64,000 bases of DNA from Lama guanicoe. Its lineage: Eukaryota. Shown piece after piece: positions 40,071 to 53,421 of the stretch (the first letter of the stretch is position 1; each line of letters starts with the position of its first letter). The position numbers were made by a program, and so were the translations under genes. The notes beneath the pieces were generated by a model. The model was not told the origin of the DNA and made no database searches. It saw only the letters and a list, made by a program, of their open reading frames with translations. Location: assembly GCA_013239625.1 (NCBI GenBank), contig MU054400.1:3541032-3605031 (forward strand). Reading direction: 5' to 3'.

Positions 40071-40432
40071 GGTCCCTGAACAGAGCTGTGGTTATTTGTG
40101 GCCGATGTTAAAAGTTGGAAGCTCTGGAGTTGGTTTTCTTTGGGCTAGTGGTGGGATGGTTTGTAGTTTTTCTTCTTAAGTAACCAAACTGTTTATGAGC
40201 CCTCGTAGGTGGTGGGCTGTTAGTAAGCGAGCAGCAGGTAGTGTTAATTAACGGTGAGATTTAATTGCATTAAGGTAATTTTTTTCAGTACCGTCCACAA
40301 ACTCAGAAGAGCTCTACTTAAACAGTTTAGTAAGACTTCATCCAATATTTAAACAGACACACATGGTTTGCTAATTCTCTTGCCCTGAAAGCTACATCCC
40401 TCTTTTACACCAGTATTACTTTTGTAGGCATA

Positions 40433-40556
40433 ATGGTTATGAAGGCTTCTGTAGAAGACGATGATTCAGGATGGGAGCTCAGTATACCAGAAAAGATGGA
40501 AAAAAGCAATACAAACTGGGTGGACATAACCCAGGATTTCGAAGAAGCTTGTCGAG
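40433..40556 (+). CDS. NAA35: NAA35 first coding exon (exon begins 40428): [41 protein letters not shown](E)
   Basis: Acceptor ttttgtag|GCATAATG, strong Kozak (A at -3, G at +4), donor CGAG|gtgagt. 124 nt, ends in phase 1. The peptide matches the vertebrate NAA35/MAK10 N-terminus as I know it. Confidence 0.97.
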
Positions 40557-40904
40557 GTGAGTTTGAATTTTGGGATTAGAAGTTCAACATTTGGGAAAGG
40601 GTACAATAAAAATCTGGATTGTGATTTCTAAACTGTCTCAATAAATGAAAAAGAAATCAACAGGTCAGTTTGGTTTACTGAATTTGTTAACCAACCACAC
40701 TTACTCATTTGCTATACTCTAATTTTAACTTTGATTTAAAACCGGTTTAAGAATGACACAGCATTAAGATGTTGAGGCAGTTTCTTCTGTTAAAGTTTTC
40801 TAACTTTAAATAGCAGGTTAGAGAGCACATAGCAGTAATTTTGAAAAGTGGAAACACAAATTCTGTTGCCCTAAAGACGGTAGTTTTATCGTATATTGGA
40901 GGTT

Positions 40905-41430
40905 TGAAAATGATCTTATCATTCCCTGCTTAAGATCCTCCAGGGGCTTCCTATTACATGTAGAATAAAATTCAGACTTCTTCCCCATTTCCCCATGACC
41001 AATATGATTTGGTGCCTGCCTACCACTCAGACTTTATTTTTGTATCACTGCTCAGGTTGGCTCATTGTTAGTCATGAGGTCTTATCTCATTAAACACACC
41101 AAGGTAGTGTCCCCATGTCTTCACATAGCTGGCTCCTTCCCGACGACTTAAATGTTACTTTCCCAGTGGGGTCTTCTCAGAACAAGGAATCTAAGCAGTT
41201 TCACCCCTTCGTTCTCTTCTATTCAACTCTGTCTCAGTTTAATCACCCTGTTTTATTTTCTTTATAGCACTCATCTACTGTCAGAAACTATCACTTTCAA
41301 TTATTTCTTGTTTATTGTCAGCCTCACCCACTGAAATGTAAGCTCTGAGAGTGCAGAGATCCTTTTGCTAACCCTAGCAAACAGAACGTTGCCTGGCACA
41401 TAGTAAGTTCAATAAATGCTTGGACGTAAG
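40905..41430 (+). mobile_element. L2 3' fragment in NAA35 intron
   Basis: CCTGCTTAAGATCCTCCAGGGGCTTCCTATTAC...AATGTAAGCTCTGAGAGTGCAGAGA...GCCTGGCACATAGTAAGTTCAATAAATGCTTG. Confidence 0.75.
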
Positions 41431-43758
41431 TGATTGGAGAAATGAGCATGTTTGTTGTTTGAGGGGAAAGTGCCTCAGGGAGAGAATGAAGATAAAAGAA
41501 AGGAATAAATGATAGAGTGAGAGCTTGAACTTTAAGAGAGGATGGTATCTAGAACATGGTAGAGAAATTGAGGGGAGAGAATAGGGACTTAGAAGGAACG
41601 GAGGTTAGGATGGTGAAGATACGGGTATATTTCTAAGTGGATGGGGAGGAATGGTGGAAGGATTCACGCCTTAATGGCTTCTATTTTGGTGTTTTGGGTT
41701 TTGGTCATGGTGGAGTGTGTTTAGAGCAGTGCTCTTAATGAGAGGAGCAAAGACTTGGAGCAGCTGCAGGTGGAAAGGGAGCCAGCTGAGTATAAGCAAA
41801 GTGATAAATCATGTGCTTATCCTTCGACTGTTTTGAAATACACGTCTAGTTAAAGTATGCCTAAGTAGGACAGTGGAAAGAACGTTAGACTGAGAGTTGA
41901 GGGACTGCCCATATATGTCTATCTAAGGGAGAGAGAAAGAAATGTAAGTTACAACGTAATTTTTCTGCTCAGTGTTCTCAGACTATCAAGTGGATCACAC
42001 CTGTCATCTTGCACTGATTTTAAGTGATCTGCCTTGGAGGGCTGTCATTATAAACCTAAATGGGAGAAGGTTTTATGAAGTACATATGGCTTGAGTTAGG
42101 CCTTAAAAGAGTAGTCAAGATTCTATTAAGTGAATGTGAGGGAATTGCTCTAAACTGAATTGAACTATTAGAGCAAAAGTTCAGTGAGACCTTTATGTTT
42201 GAGGAACAGTGAAAACTTCTGCTTCTCATGGAAGGAACCTTGAGTAGGAAATATGGTTTAATACCTGCTTCAGTGTGGATTGGGAGAGGGTGGTATATTG
42301 TTTTGTTGCCAGTATCAAACCAAATCCTGTTAACTCCTCCATAATTAGCTCCTGCACTGTCTCAGGTGGCTCAAATGTGAGGCATACGTCTAGAAACGAA
42401 AAAGTTGATAGAGAATTAATCTTCTTGTGTGGGTTTTAGGACTGAAGGCTGTTAGCAGTCTTGAGTCTGTGGTATTAATAATTTGTTTTCCCTTCTTGAA
42501 ATAATCAGATTCTTAGCCTTGATTATGGCTTAGACTTGTGTTCTAACAACTTTCTAAAAACTAAGTTTAATACAGATGTTGTTACATCTTTTTCTTAACT
42601 GTCAGAGTGGTTTCTCTTTGGCTAGACTTCCGTGATTTAAGTGGAGAACTTTAAAATAATCTGCATACTGATGGCAGCGTTTTCATGCGCATTTCTGCTT
42701 ACTCTTTCAGTGGCTCTCCAAAGTCCTCTGGATCGAATTCTAACTTCCATCATTTCTTTTACTTCCTATTAGGCAGATGGCACACATTCCCTCCACATTT
42801 TCTATAGCTGACACTGAGGGGTTTTTTTTCTTTTACATATTATTTTGACTGTCTAGCACCATTACTATTATTTTGCCTGATATGTAATAGATTATTTATC
42901 TAAATTATACCTCTGAGCTTTGCTTCTCTGGGAAACCTTGCTTAATTCAAACCATCTCATTTTGCTACCTGTTAAACCTCTGCTATTTATATTCCATTTG
43001 GTTGTCTGTATTTAGGTACTTTCTGAATTGCAAACTCACAACTTAAAAAACTTCACTTAAACATAAATGATCATAAAATATACACTGCAGCTGCTTGTTT
43101 TGCCTGCCACATTCCCTTCTTCCACATGCTCTCTGGATAGCCAGCAACCTCTCCCAGAATAAGGACACCACCATATATCTAGAGCCTAGAGGTAATCCAA
43201 GGTTGGCTATCATTTAAAACTCTGGTCTTGAAGGATATGGGCCTATCCTCCCATCCTATTTTGTCCTCTTTTTGATGGCTTAGTTCCTTCTTTCTTAGTC
43301 AGTCTTTATTACAGATATCCCTGTTTAAGACCCCCTCACCCATCTAGTTTCTCTAGTTCTTGCGTGGTACTTTGCAAAAACTCCTTTTGCTGCTTTCCCT
43401 TCCCTCATTTAAAATCTAGGATGCTTACACCTCTTATTTCTCTTCCTTTCTGTTCTGTCTTCTCTCACCCAGAACAATGTTTGTGTTTAAGAATAAATGA
43501 ATAGTATAAGGCCATGTTTCTTCAAACCAGTCTTGGACTTGAGAAGTTTTAAGAACCACTGCATTACATTAAATGCCGTTGTTGTGGGTGGTTGCCTGGA
43601 ACCAGTATGATCATGAACACAAGCTCAGGCACTGACACTGTGGCAATACTTGATTATAACGTTATCATCCAGTTGGCCTGGGATATGTTTCCGTAATCTT
43701 AAAGAGGTTATCATTGAACTGATTACATAGCACGTAACAATTATTGTTGAAGAAGTAT

Positions 43759-43806
43759 AGATTCTTGATAAAATTTTAATGGAGATTCTTGATAAAACTT
43801 TAATGG
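43759..43806. repeat. 24-bp tandem duplication
   Basis: AGATTCTTGATAAAATTTTAATGG / AGATTCTTGATAAAACTTTAATGG. Confidence 0.9.
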
Positions 43807-44069
43807 ACTTTCATCCCACCCCCTCAATTCATGAACTCCAGTTTGAGAATGATTGTTCTAGGCATTTGCTATTTGTTACCATTTTAGTCTAAGTGGAAAA
43901 AGATAGGCAGAGATTGTACTGGTAGAAGATCTGGGCAACTTACAGAATATTTTTTAATTGATTTTGGTTTTGGAAATGAAAATTATGTTTTCCTTGTTCC
44001 ATAGTATCAAAAATACTTTTGATATGGTGGGCATGGGTGGGGTGAGCAGCACTGGTAATTGTGGATCAC

Positions 44070-44270
44070 TCTTGTTCTCCACCAAGGGTGATTTTGTCCT
44101 CAAGGGACATTTGCCAACATCCTGAGACATGTTTGGTTGCCACAATCAGGGGTGGGGCTTTGCTGTTGTTGTCTATGAGTACACGTTAAGGATGCTGCTT
44201 ATCATTTGATGCACAGGAATAGCCCCCACAGAAAATAACTTTTCTGCCCAAAATATCAGTAGTGCTGTTT
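44070..44270. mobile_element. MER20 hAT element
   Basis: TTCTCCACCAAGGGTGATTTTGTCCTCAAGGGACATTTG...TTTGGTTGCCACAA...CCCAAAATATCAGTAGTGC. Confidence 0.8.
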
Positions 44271-45442
44271 AGTTCATTCCATTTAGATTACTTTTTTCAA
44301 GAATGTTCAGCTATCGTTTAACCTCTTTGACCTTGAATTCTTTAGGAAAAGGACGTACAAATATTGGATGCCATAACAACTAGCCTTCAATAGAACAAGC
44401 AGTAGGAAGGGAATGCAACCTTTGTTGTATTTTGAGGGCTCTGCTGCATTGTTGAATACGTCTTACGAGATTCCCCCCTGAATTTTATACTGTGCATCCT
44501 GTTTATGTTAGGAGCTTTGGTCATTAGAAAAGGTATCCTCAGAAGTCACCACTTTCCCCCTTTTAGCTAATTATTTTAGTAATCATGATTCTAGATAGCA
44601 TGCTTTTATTGATGTTTCTTGATTCCCCTCACTCCCATTTGGACATTATCTGTGGACTTCCCCCATGTAATTGTAGCTGTGCAGATGTTATTCAAAGTAA
44701 GCCAAAGAGGAAAACTATTGTTTTTCCCTTCCTACACAGTTGTTTTATGTAAAAAATATTTACTCAAAAACTAGGTACCTTATCATTAATTCTTCCTTAG
44801 GCCCTTCACCAATTGTCCAAGTCTTCTTAAGACATTCAGACACATCAGAAATCATATTGTTTTTATCGCCATAAAGAAATTTCTTCTCAAGTCTCTTACG
44901 TTACTCCAATCTGGACTTCTTTCTTACCTGGTGTGATTCGGAGATCTTCCTTCATCGTCAGCCTGGGGTTTCTTACTTTTGTCCCTTGTTTTGATTGGAC
45001 AACTTAATTATCTTCCTGAGTAAAGTGCATGGGAGATACAATTTTTTGAGGCTCTGGAGGTCTAAAAATGTCTTTATTCTGTCCTCCCACTTTATTGATA
45101 ATACATCTGGGTATGTTTGAGAATGTTGAGTGCATTGCTTAAATGTCTGGTGACATCCTGATTACTGAGCTTTTATATGTAACTTTTTAGAATCTTCTCT
45201 TTATTCTCCATTTTCCAGAACTTTCACAATGATTTGCTTTGTTGGTAACTCTGGAGTGCTTTCACTTTGTCTCATCTTTCAGTTCTGGGAAACTTTCTTG
45301 AATTACTCTGTTTCCTCTTTGTTTTTTCTGTATTCTCATTATGGAATGCTTGCTTTTTGGATATTGAAACTTCTAGGCTGATTCTCTGTTTTTTTTCTTA
45401 TCCTTTCATGCCTATTTTCCATCTCTTTGTCTTTTTCCTCGA

Positions 45443-45797
45443 TGCTTTGAATGGAATGATTGTGTTCCCCCAAATCATATATTGAAACCTATTGCCAGTG
45501 TGATGGTAGTAAGAGGTGAGGCCTTTGGGAGGTTCTTAGGTCATCAGAGTGGAGCCGCCATGATTGGGATTAATGCTTCTATGAAAGGGGCCCCTTGGAG
45601 CCTCCCTGGTCCCTTCTGCCATATGAGGTTATTGCAAAAAGATGACTGTCTAGGAAATGGGTCCTCACTGGACACTGAATCTGCTGGTGCCTTGATCTCA
45701 GACTTCTCAGCCTCCAGTACTGTGAGAAATAGAAGTTTTTTCATAGACTACCCAATTTACGATCTTTTTGTTATAGCATCCTGAATGGACTAAGACA
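45443..45797 (+). mobile_element. MLT1A-type MaLR solo LTR within ancient L1-like sequence (about 44580-46780)
   Basis: TG...CCCCCAAATCATATATTGAAACCTA...GCCTTGATCTCAGACTTCTCAGCCTCCAG...TTGTTATAGCATCCTGAATGGACTAAGACA. Confidence 0.85.
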
Positions 45798-47955
45798 CTC
45801 AGCTTAATTTTTCTTATCTACTGTAATGTTTTCAATTTCTAAGATATATTTTTCTTCAGGATGTTTCTTTTTTTTTTAAGAAAAATGTTCGGTTTTTGTT
45901 TCAGGGTTGCACTATTTAATCTCTCTAGGGATAGTAATAGTTCTTTTGAAATTTTGTTTCCCTACATAGCATAGTGTCTTTCCTCCAACTTGCCTTTTTT
46001 AGTTTGTTTCCTTTGGTTTCTGTCTTTCATATTAGGAGATTACTTCAGACATCTAAGAATCCTTTGTTACCTATCTAAGCATAGGGGGCCAAAAAGCAAA
46101 TTGGAAGCTCTGAATTTTTGAGCAGGACCCCTCTGCTTTGAATGTCAGTGTCAGGTGATCCAGCTTGGTTTTTCTGTTAGAGAACTTCTGGTGTCAGTTA
46201 TTTAGCTCCTTCCTCTTAGAAAGACTATTTTCTGTAGAGAAAATTTGTCTGATCTCCTCCATTGAGGTTGAAGAATTGACTTTCTGCCTGTGATTTAACA
46301 GTAAAGTTGAGGGAGAGACCTGGAGTTGTCATATATTCACTTAATGCCCCCTCTTTCCAGTACTGAATCCTGCCCTTTGAATAACCTTCTGTCCCTGGAG
46401 ATTTTACCCTCCTCAAAAAAAACATTCAGTGTTATTCAGGATGAGGGAGTGGTAGTTACCCTGCTCTGTAATTTAGGGCAGGATTCTGGGCTCTCTGACA
46501 GCCCATCTTTATCCTCACTTTCAGAGGTAAGTGGTAAATCAGGTTGATTTTGGCTTTCTCCACTACTGGCTTTATTTTCCTTGGGTTTGCTAAGAAACTA
46601 CTTGTCTTTCTGCTTCCAAGTTTCCCTAATTTTGTTGTATTATTTCTGCATCTGTTTTTCCTCATCGTTTGGGTTCATAGCTTTCTTTTAAAAAAGAAAA
46701 TTTCCTTTAATTGTTTAAATTAGATTTCAGGAGGGAGTTAAAGGTAGTTGCATGTGTTTAATTGGCTACCTTTACCCAAGGGTAAACTTTAATTCGTCTG
46801 TTTAAATATCACAATGGTATTAGATTTCAGTTATGTATTCAGTAGGCCCTTCATAGTGGCCCTAGCAGAGAACTTAACCATAATTTATAATGTTATGTGT
46901 AGAAGTCTATTCAAAGATCTGTAACACCAGTTTACAAATGATCTTCTCATTTATAAGATGGTAAAATATATATGCAATATCAAATAGTTGCATGTTTTTT
47001 CTCATCCTGTTAGATTACTTTTTTTCAAGAGAGTGATCATATGCTACAGGTGTTTAGCACTACTGCAAACCGAAACTCCAGCTGCAGGTTATGGTTCATT
47101 GTTCATTTCTAAGGCAAAAGGAAAGATATCCTCAGTAAGATATCATGAAATTTTCTGACCCACAAAATTAAGTTAAATTTTCTCACAGCAGATCTACTTG
47201 TGCCTTATGAGAATGAAGATAGAATAAAAAGGCAGTTAATTGTCAAGGTTGTAAAAAAAAAAATTGGAATCATCTTTTCCTGGTATCTAACTTTTCCCTT
47301 TGTTCTGTGTTGACTAAGCTATATGTATGCTCTTGCACCTACTTAAGGTTTTAACTTAAAGGTAGAGGTAACTTTTGGTTTTTATCATTGTGTTAACTTA
47401 GTCCAGTGGTTTGGTGTGGTCCGTGTTTCTTAGGTTCTCAAAGACCATTTCATGGGGTATGCAAGGTCAAAGCTATTTTCATGTAATACAAAAACATTAA
47501 CTTACCTTTTTGATTCTTATTTCCCTTATTAATGTACAGTGGAATTTTCCAGAGACTGCATGATGGGTGACGTCATTGCCCTGACTGCTAATGATAAATG
47601 CACATCTATCTCACTAAATTTTTTGAGAAATGCCGCTCAGTTGGATAAGACCCAAAGTACTCATGTCTGTAGTAGAAGATTCTTTGTCCATTTATGGATC
47701 GTGCAGTGAGAGTGCTTGTACTCTGCTTAGTAGATTTTAAAATTTACTACCTGTAGTTTATTAGTGAGTGGTCTGATTACTGGTGTTCTAAGGGACTTTA
47801 CAGAGTCAGCTAGTAAAACCATTCATTTTGCAGATGAGAAGGTCAAGGCCCAGAGTGATTGATTTGCTTCTAGGTCTGTGGCGTGTTTTTATTTTTAAGT
47901 TCAGTGAAGCTATTTGGTCCCCAAATCTACCCTTGAGTGTATGATAAATTATTAC

Positions 47956-49402
47956 AGTAGTTCTCAAATTTTTTGGTTTCAGTACCCTTAAAAATACCCT
48001 CTTATACTTTTAAAAAGTAATGCTTATGTATGTTATATATATATTTTGATGTTTATTATATTGGAATTTAAAAAATACTATTCATTTGAAAATGATAATA
48101 AACCTATTGCATGTTAACATTTTTTAAATGAAAAATACATGTATTTTCCAAAACAAAAAATAACTTTGAAGAATGGCATTATTTTATACTTTTGAAAGTC
48201 CCTTTAATGTCGGCGTAATAGAAGGCACCTGAATTCCATATTGGCTTCTGTGGTCAATCTGTTGCCACATGTTGTTTTGGTAGAAGTATATGAAGTAAAT
48301 CTGGCCTCACCAAATACGTAGTTAAAAGGTGGAGTAATCTTTTCACATAATTATGGATTTTCTTTTCTGCTACTACACCAAAACTTGACAGGTAGTAGTT
48401 TCTTAAAGATTAGTTTGCAGTTTGGAATCTGAAAGTGTGATCAGTGGACTTTTCATGCTCTGTTACATTAAAATATATTGGTTCCTCTTGAACTTTGAAT
48501 GGTTCTTTTATCCATGCCTAATTTTGTAACATGCATTACCACTTGGAAAATATTAGTTCAGTGAGTTAAGCACATGTTCCAAATGTTGACATACTTCATT
48601 CAGTATTAAAACGTACATTTGTTAATATCACCACCAATATCATCGGAAAGCTATTTTAAATATTAGGACACTGTAACATTCACAGTGGCAGATACATGTT
48701 TTCCAAAATTCTGATTTTTTTCATGAAAGCTCAGATTTTATCATTGGTAGTAAACATTGTCATTTATTTCCCTAAAGTGACAAACTCATTTATTTTAGAG
48801 AAAATGCCATAGTCTCAAGTCTGAATAACTATAACTTGTCATTTATTCTTTCAAGTAAAAATGATGTTCCATGATAATTGTACAAGAGCTTTTCCTTGAG
48901 ACAACCTCTTAACTTTGGTATGCGGTGGAAGTGTTTACATATACTTCCCATTTGTCAAATAGAATATTAAAAACATATGTACTCAGAGATTGAAATTTAA
49001 TTAGGTAAGTCAGGACCAGCACTAGGATGAAGTTAGTGAGGCCATATAGGGTAAAAATTTAAGAAGGCACCACCTGAAAGTAGTACCTCCTCAAATTTTG
49101 CATGCTACATCCCTTACTTGTGCCCTGGTCCTGGCCCTGAAATTAATTTTTAATGCTCCATCTGAGACTTCTTAAGTGAAAGTGCATGGAAGTGAAGAAT
49201 ACGCTGTTTATCTTGGGGCCCCTATCTTGATAAGTGCTGAAGCTACAGACGTTTTGCTCTTTTTCTCTCTGCACCGTTGCTTTTTCATCATCGATATAAG
49301 TGTCAACACAGTGAAAAAAACAAAGACTGCTTTAGTGTTATTATGAAAGTAATTTTAACATCACAGACTTCTGGGTTCCCAAACCATCTTTGAGAACCTC
49401 TA
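47956..49402. mobile_element. Charlie1-like hAT DNA transposon remnant with a nested small TIR element (about 49011-49139)
   Basis: Termini CAGTAGTTCTCAAA...TTTGAGAACCTCT. The nested piece is bounded by the imperfect inverted repeat CAGGACCAGCACTAGG...CCTGGTCCTGGCCCTG. Confidence 0.7.
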
Positions 49403-49609
49403 ATTGTTCTCTTATGCTTTATTATAGTATTTTAATAAACACTTCTCATTGATTTATCTGTTTTGATACATGAACTTTAAAAATGAATATTATTTAACTT
49501 GTGATTAGCTGAGGGGATTAGTAAAATTCTGAAAACTGCTTCTTTATACTTTCCAAAGGATTTGACCATCAATTTTTAAGCTCCTTAAGAATGATACAGT
49601 CACTACTTC

Positions 49610-49768
49610 CTATCTTCCTTGCATATTGCAATCACCTGGAGTGCTTTAAAACCACTGTGTAGGTCACATCCCTAGAATTTAATTGGTTTGAAGTGCTGCT
49701 TGGACATTGAGATATTCAAAAGCTCCCCAGTTGATACTGATATGCAGCCAAGATTGAGAACTACTGCT
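49610..49768. mobile_element. MER5-type hAT MITE
   Basis: AATCACCTGGAGTGCTTTAAA...AAAGCTCCCCAGTTGATACTGATATGCAGCCAAGATTGAGAACTACTG. Confidence 0.7.
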
Positions 49769-50253
49769 TTATAGGGGTGATTACTGTTTTGATCAGCTGT
49801 TTACTCAAGTGTTTTCTATATTATTTAAATAAAATGTAATTTAAAAAATAGTTTTGACACTTCCTGGGACAAAAGAGATTACATTATGATTCCAAGTGGT
49901 TTAAAAACAACTTGAGAAATAGCAATCAATTCTATGAAAACGTTTACTTAGGGAGAGGTATACTAGTGTTTTTTTTAAAAAAATGAGGCTGATAATTCCA
50001 GTTGTTTTATTGTGGCCTGTGATGGGTCACTTGTAAATTCTCAAAAGTTCAATTTATAGTTAGTATTTAAATATTCACTGGGTAGAAGGCATTATATTAA
50101 TAATAGGATAGAAAGGATATGACTGTTTCTTAGGAAAAGAAGTTTAAAGGACTGCAGGAACATTTTTCAGGTGCTAATATCTTGCTTCATTTTTTTGTTA
50201 AAATTAAAAAATATAAATATGGTATTAAAAATTTTTCTCTTTGTTTCTTTTAG

Positions 50254-50287
50254 AATTAAAGTTGGGAGAACTACTTCATGATAAGCT
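50254..50287 (+). CDS. NAA35: NAA35 coding exon, 34 nt: (E)LKLGELLHDK(L)
   Basis: Long pyrimidine tract ending ttttag|, donor CT|gtaagt. Phase 1 in, phase 2 out, joining both neighbouring exons without a stop. Confidence 0.95.
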
Positions 50288-50814
50288 GTAAGTATTTGTG
50301 TTCTTTGAAATTGTGTAGTGATATTTCCACCTATTTTGTCTCACGTGCAGTAGTATGTAGTATATTCCTTGAAGTCTGAGTCATTTTACATTTCTGAGCT
50401 GTAAGAATAACACTGATTGCATATTTTACCCTTGGTGAGCTGTTTTGGGGCAGCTGACGTTAATTGTGATAGGAAGTGGGAGTACCTAGTGAAACTGTGA
50501 CTTACGGTCTTTTCCTTGAGGGTAGGTGTACAGAATGTGGAATTTCTTGAAGAAAGGGTATTTATTGTTTATCATATGTCAATAGGCTGGTTGGTGACTA
50601 GAAATGAGTGACTAAATGCCTAGATGAAAGTCGATTGAGAATCCCTAGAAAGGTAAAATAAAAGGAAAGGCTTGATTATATTTATACTCCCACAGATGGC
50701 CTTAGTTTCTATATTGCTATGTCCTGACTCAATTTTCAAGGTTGGGAGTATGAAATTTTAAATTAATAAGTAGACAAAACTGGACATTTGGTCAGGGAAA
50801 GTAGAACATGAAAT

Positions 50815-51006
50815 TAGTTCTTCTTAGGCTTTAATGTACATCAGAATCATCTGGAGGGGTTTTTGAAACACAGATTACTGGACCTCACTCGCCAAGTAGT
50901 TCGTTATTTAGTAAGTCTGGTGTGGGACCACACGAGTTGCATTCCTAACAAATTCCCATGTGAGGTTGATGCTGCTGATCTAGGGACCACACTTTGAGAA
51001 CCACTG
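50815..51006. mobile_element. MER5A hAT MITE
   Basis: CATCAGAATCATCTGGAGGG...GCATTCCTAACAAATTCCCA...GGGACCACACTTTGAGAACCACTG. Confidence 0.8.
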
Positions 51007-51556
51007 TGGTCATCATTTTGTTGCCTCAGGCAACTATGGGAAGGATATAATGAAATAAAAGCTAATCAAGAAGAAACCTCAAGCTAATACAGGAAAGAAT
51101 GTGACTTCTGACACAAGATTTGAGAGAGGCTACTAGAGGACATAGGCCTCCTCTGCATTTCCCCAAGATTTTCAACACTGAGCCCAGGGATTATGATTGC
51201 CAGCAGCCCACCCCAACCAACTATTAAAGTTGTATCCTTTTAGTCCATATCTCCTTTAGCTGTCATTTCTTTTCCCCCCAGCATGTGCGGTCTTCAAGCC
51301 TACTATGTAACTTACTTATCTTTGTTTATTGTCTGTTCCCTCCTGTAGAATGTAAGCCCCATGAGACAGGCAAAATGTTTTTGCTTACTCATGTATCTCA
51401 AGTGCCTAGAACAGTGGCTAGCACATAGAAGACCAGTATTTGTTGAATGCATGGAATAGCTTTTATAATGCTATTATAGTTTCTGTAGCAGTTTTACTAA
51501 TTAGGCAGATACCTCATTGATCTAGCGTTTTAATTGTGCCATTAACAAATTTTCTT

Positions 51557-51982
51557 GAAGTTGTGGTGTATGTATATATATATATATACATATACATACA
51601 CACACAACGGAATACTATTCAGCCATGAAAAGGAATAAAATAATGTCATTTGCAACAACATAGATGGACCTGGAGATTGTCGTACTGAGTAAAGTAAGCC
51701 AGAAAGAGAAAGAAGAAAAATACCGTATGGTATCACTTATATGTGAAATCTAAAAATATGGCACAAATGAACTTACGTACAAAACAGAAACACAAACATA
51801 GAAAACAAACTTGCTTTACAGTTACTGGGGGGAAGGAGTGGAAAGGGATAAATTAGAAGTTTGAGATTTGCAGATACTAACTTCTGTATATAAGATAGAT
51901 AAACAAGTGTCTACTATATAGCATAGAGAACTATATCCAAATATATTGTAACCGATAATGAAAAAGAATATGAAAAGGAATA
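51557..51982 (+). mobile_element. L1 3' fragment in sense orientation in NAA35 intron
   Basis: GGAATACTATTCAGCCATGAAAAGGAAT...GATGGACCTGGAGATTGTCGTACTGAGTAAAGTAAGCCAGAAAGAG. Lacks the terminal A-tail. Confidence 0.88.
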
Positions 51983-53306
51983 ATTAATATTTTATACAAT
52001 TGGACTTACCGCCTTTTTTCCATGTAGCTTGTAAATTATTGAAGAGTTTTTTGTTTGCTTGTTTTAGGTTTAGAACTTAAATCTACCTGGGGTTTATTTT
52101 TTTTAATTATGTAAATCAAAGATTTGACTTTTTCAAGATGGTTAGCCACTTTTCTCAGTAGTATTTATTGGCTAATCCATTGTTTTTCCACTGATTTGAA
52201 ATTCTACCTTTATCATACATAATTTCTACAAAAACATGGATTTGGATTGTTTTCTCTTGATCTTTGTATGCTAGAATGCTTTTGATTATTATAGCTTATT
52301 ATTATTATACCTTTGATATTTGGTAAATCCCTATTGTTTATTGAAAAAATTCTTTTCCATTTCTGCACTATTTTCTCTTTTGGCTTGGCAAACTCTTTGA
52401 AAAATAATATTTGGGTTTTGATTTGCAGCATTGCATCACATTTATAAATGAGAGTTGTCTTCAGTAATATCATATACTCATATTGTGAGAGTATTTTAAA
52501 TTAAAGCATTAAGAGGTTTGAGGGATTTCAGGGAAAGTGTCTTCCAAGCTATTTTTGATGTCTTACTGCTGCTGCTTTTCTGAGAGAAAGGATTTAGTAT
52601 AACAGGGTAGATGTCTTTATTTTCCTGGTAAGCTAATGGCTTAGACTAAGCAAAATAGGGAGTCAGTAGTTTGATGGCCAGTCAGACTTCAGCTTAGGCT
52701 TTTCTTTTTTCATATCTAAATTAAAGATGCACTAACTAATCAGTCCATAGTACATCACAGCTATCTGCATTTATGGCTAATAAGCCGCAAATACCAGCCT
52801 GCCAGGTTTCTGGATTCTTTTTTCTCATGTAGTTGCCAAAACTGTGGGTATTATATACTGTAATGTGACAGATTATTAGACGTTCAAGATGTAAAGAAAG
52901 TGAAAAAAATCAAGAAGTTACATTTGATAATGGTTATTCCAAATATGGCTTTCTAAGTGTTAGAGAAAATTATTTAAAAAAGGCAAAATGAAATCCGTTG
53001 TAGATCAGTTGATCTCTTTTTTCCAAAAAATTCTAATGTGCAAACTTTTTGAAGGAAGAACAGAAAACAACTTTTCTTTCTTTCCTTTCCCTATAGTGCA
53101 TGTAAAATAATTTAAGTACATGGAAGAATTTTTATGTTAAAAGAAGATTGTTTAATTGAAATAAAAGTGATGGCAAGTTGGGAAGACACAACACATAGAA
53201 TGGGATAGTTATTTAAAGTACTATAATAATTTTTGTACCATTGTGGGAATTTAGGTAAGCTTACTACTTCAGAAACAATTTGTAGAGTCAATTTTTTTAT
53301 TTGTAG

Positions 53307-53421
53307 ATTTGGTCTTTTTGAAGCCATGTCTGCCATTGAAATGATGGATCCAAAGATGGATGCTGGCATGATTGGAAACCAAGTTAATCGAAAAGTTCTC
53401 AATTTTGAACAAGCTATCAAG
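53307..53421 (+). CDS. NAA35: NAA35 coding exon: (L)[38 protein letters not shown]
   Basis: ttgtag| acceptor, AAG|gtagtc donor, 115 nt. Contains the Mak10 signature [18 protein letters not shown]. Confidence 0.97.

Noticed and set aside
39223..40179. Cluster of overlapping 64-143 aa ORFs on both strands
   Set aside because: Expected from stop-codon scarcity in a GC-rich CpG island. The peptides are Pro/Arg/Gly/Ala-rich with no recognisable domain.
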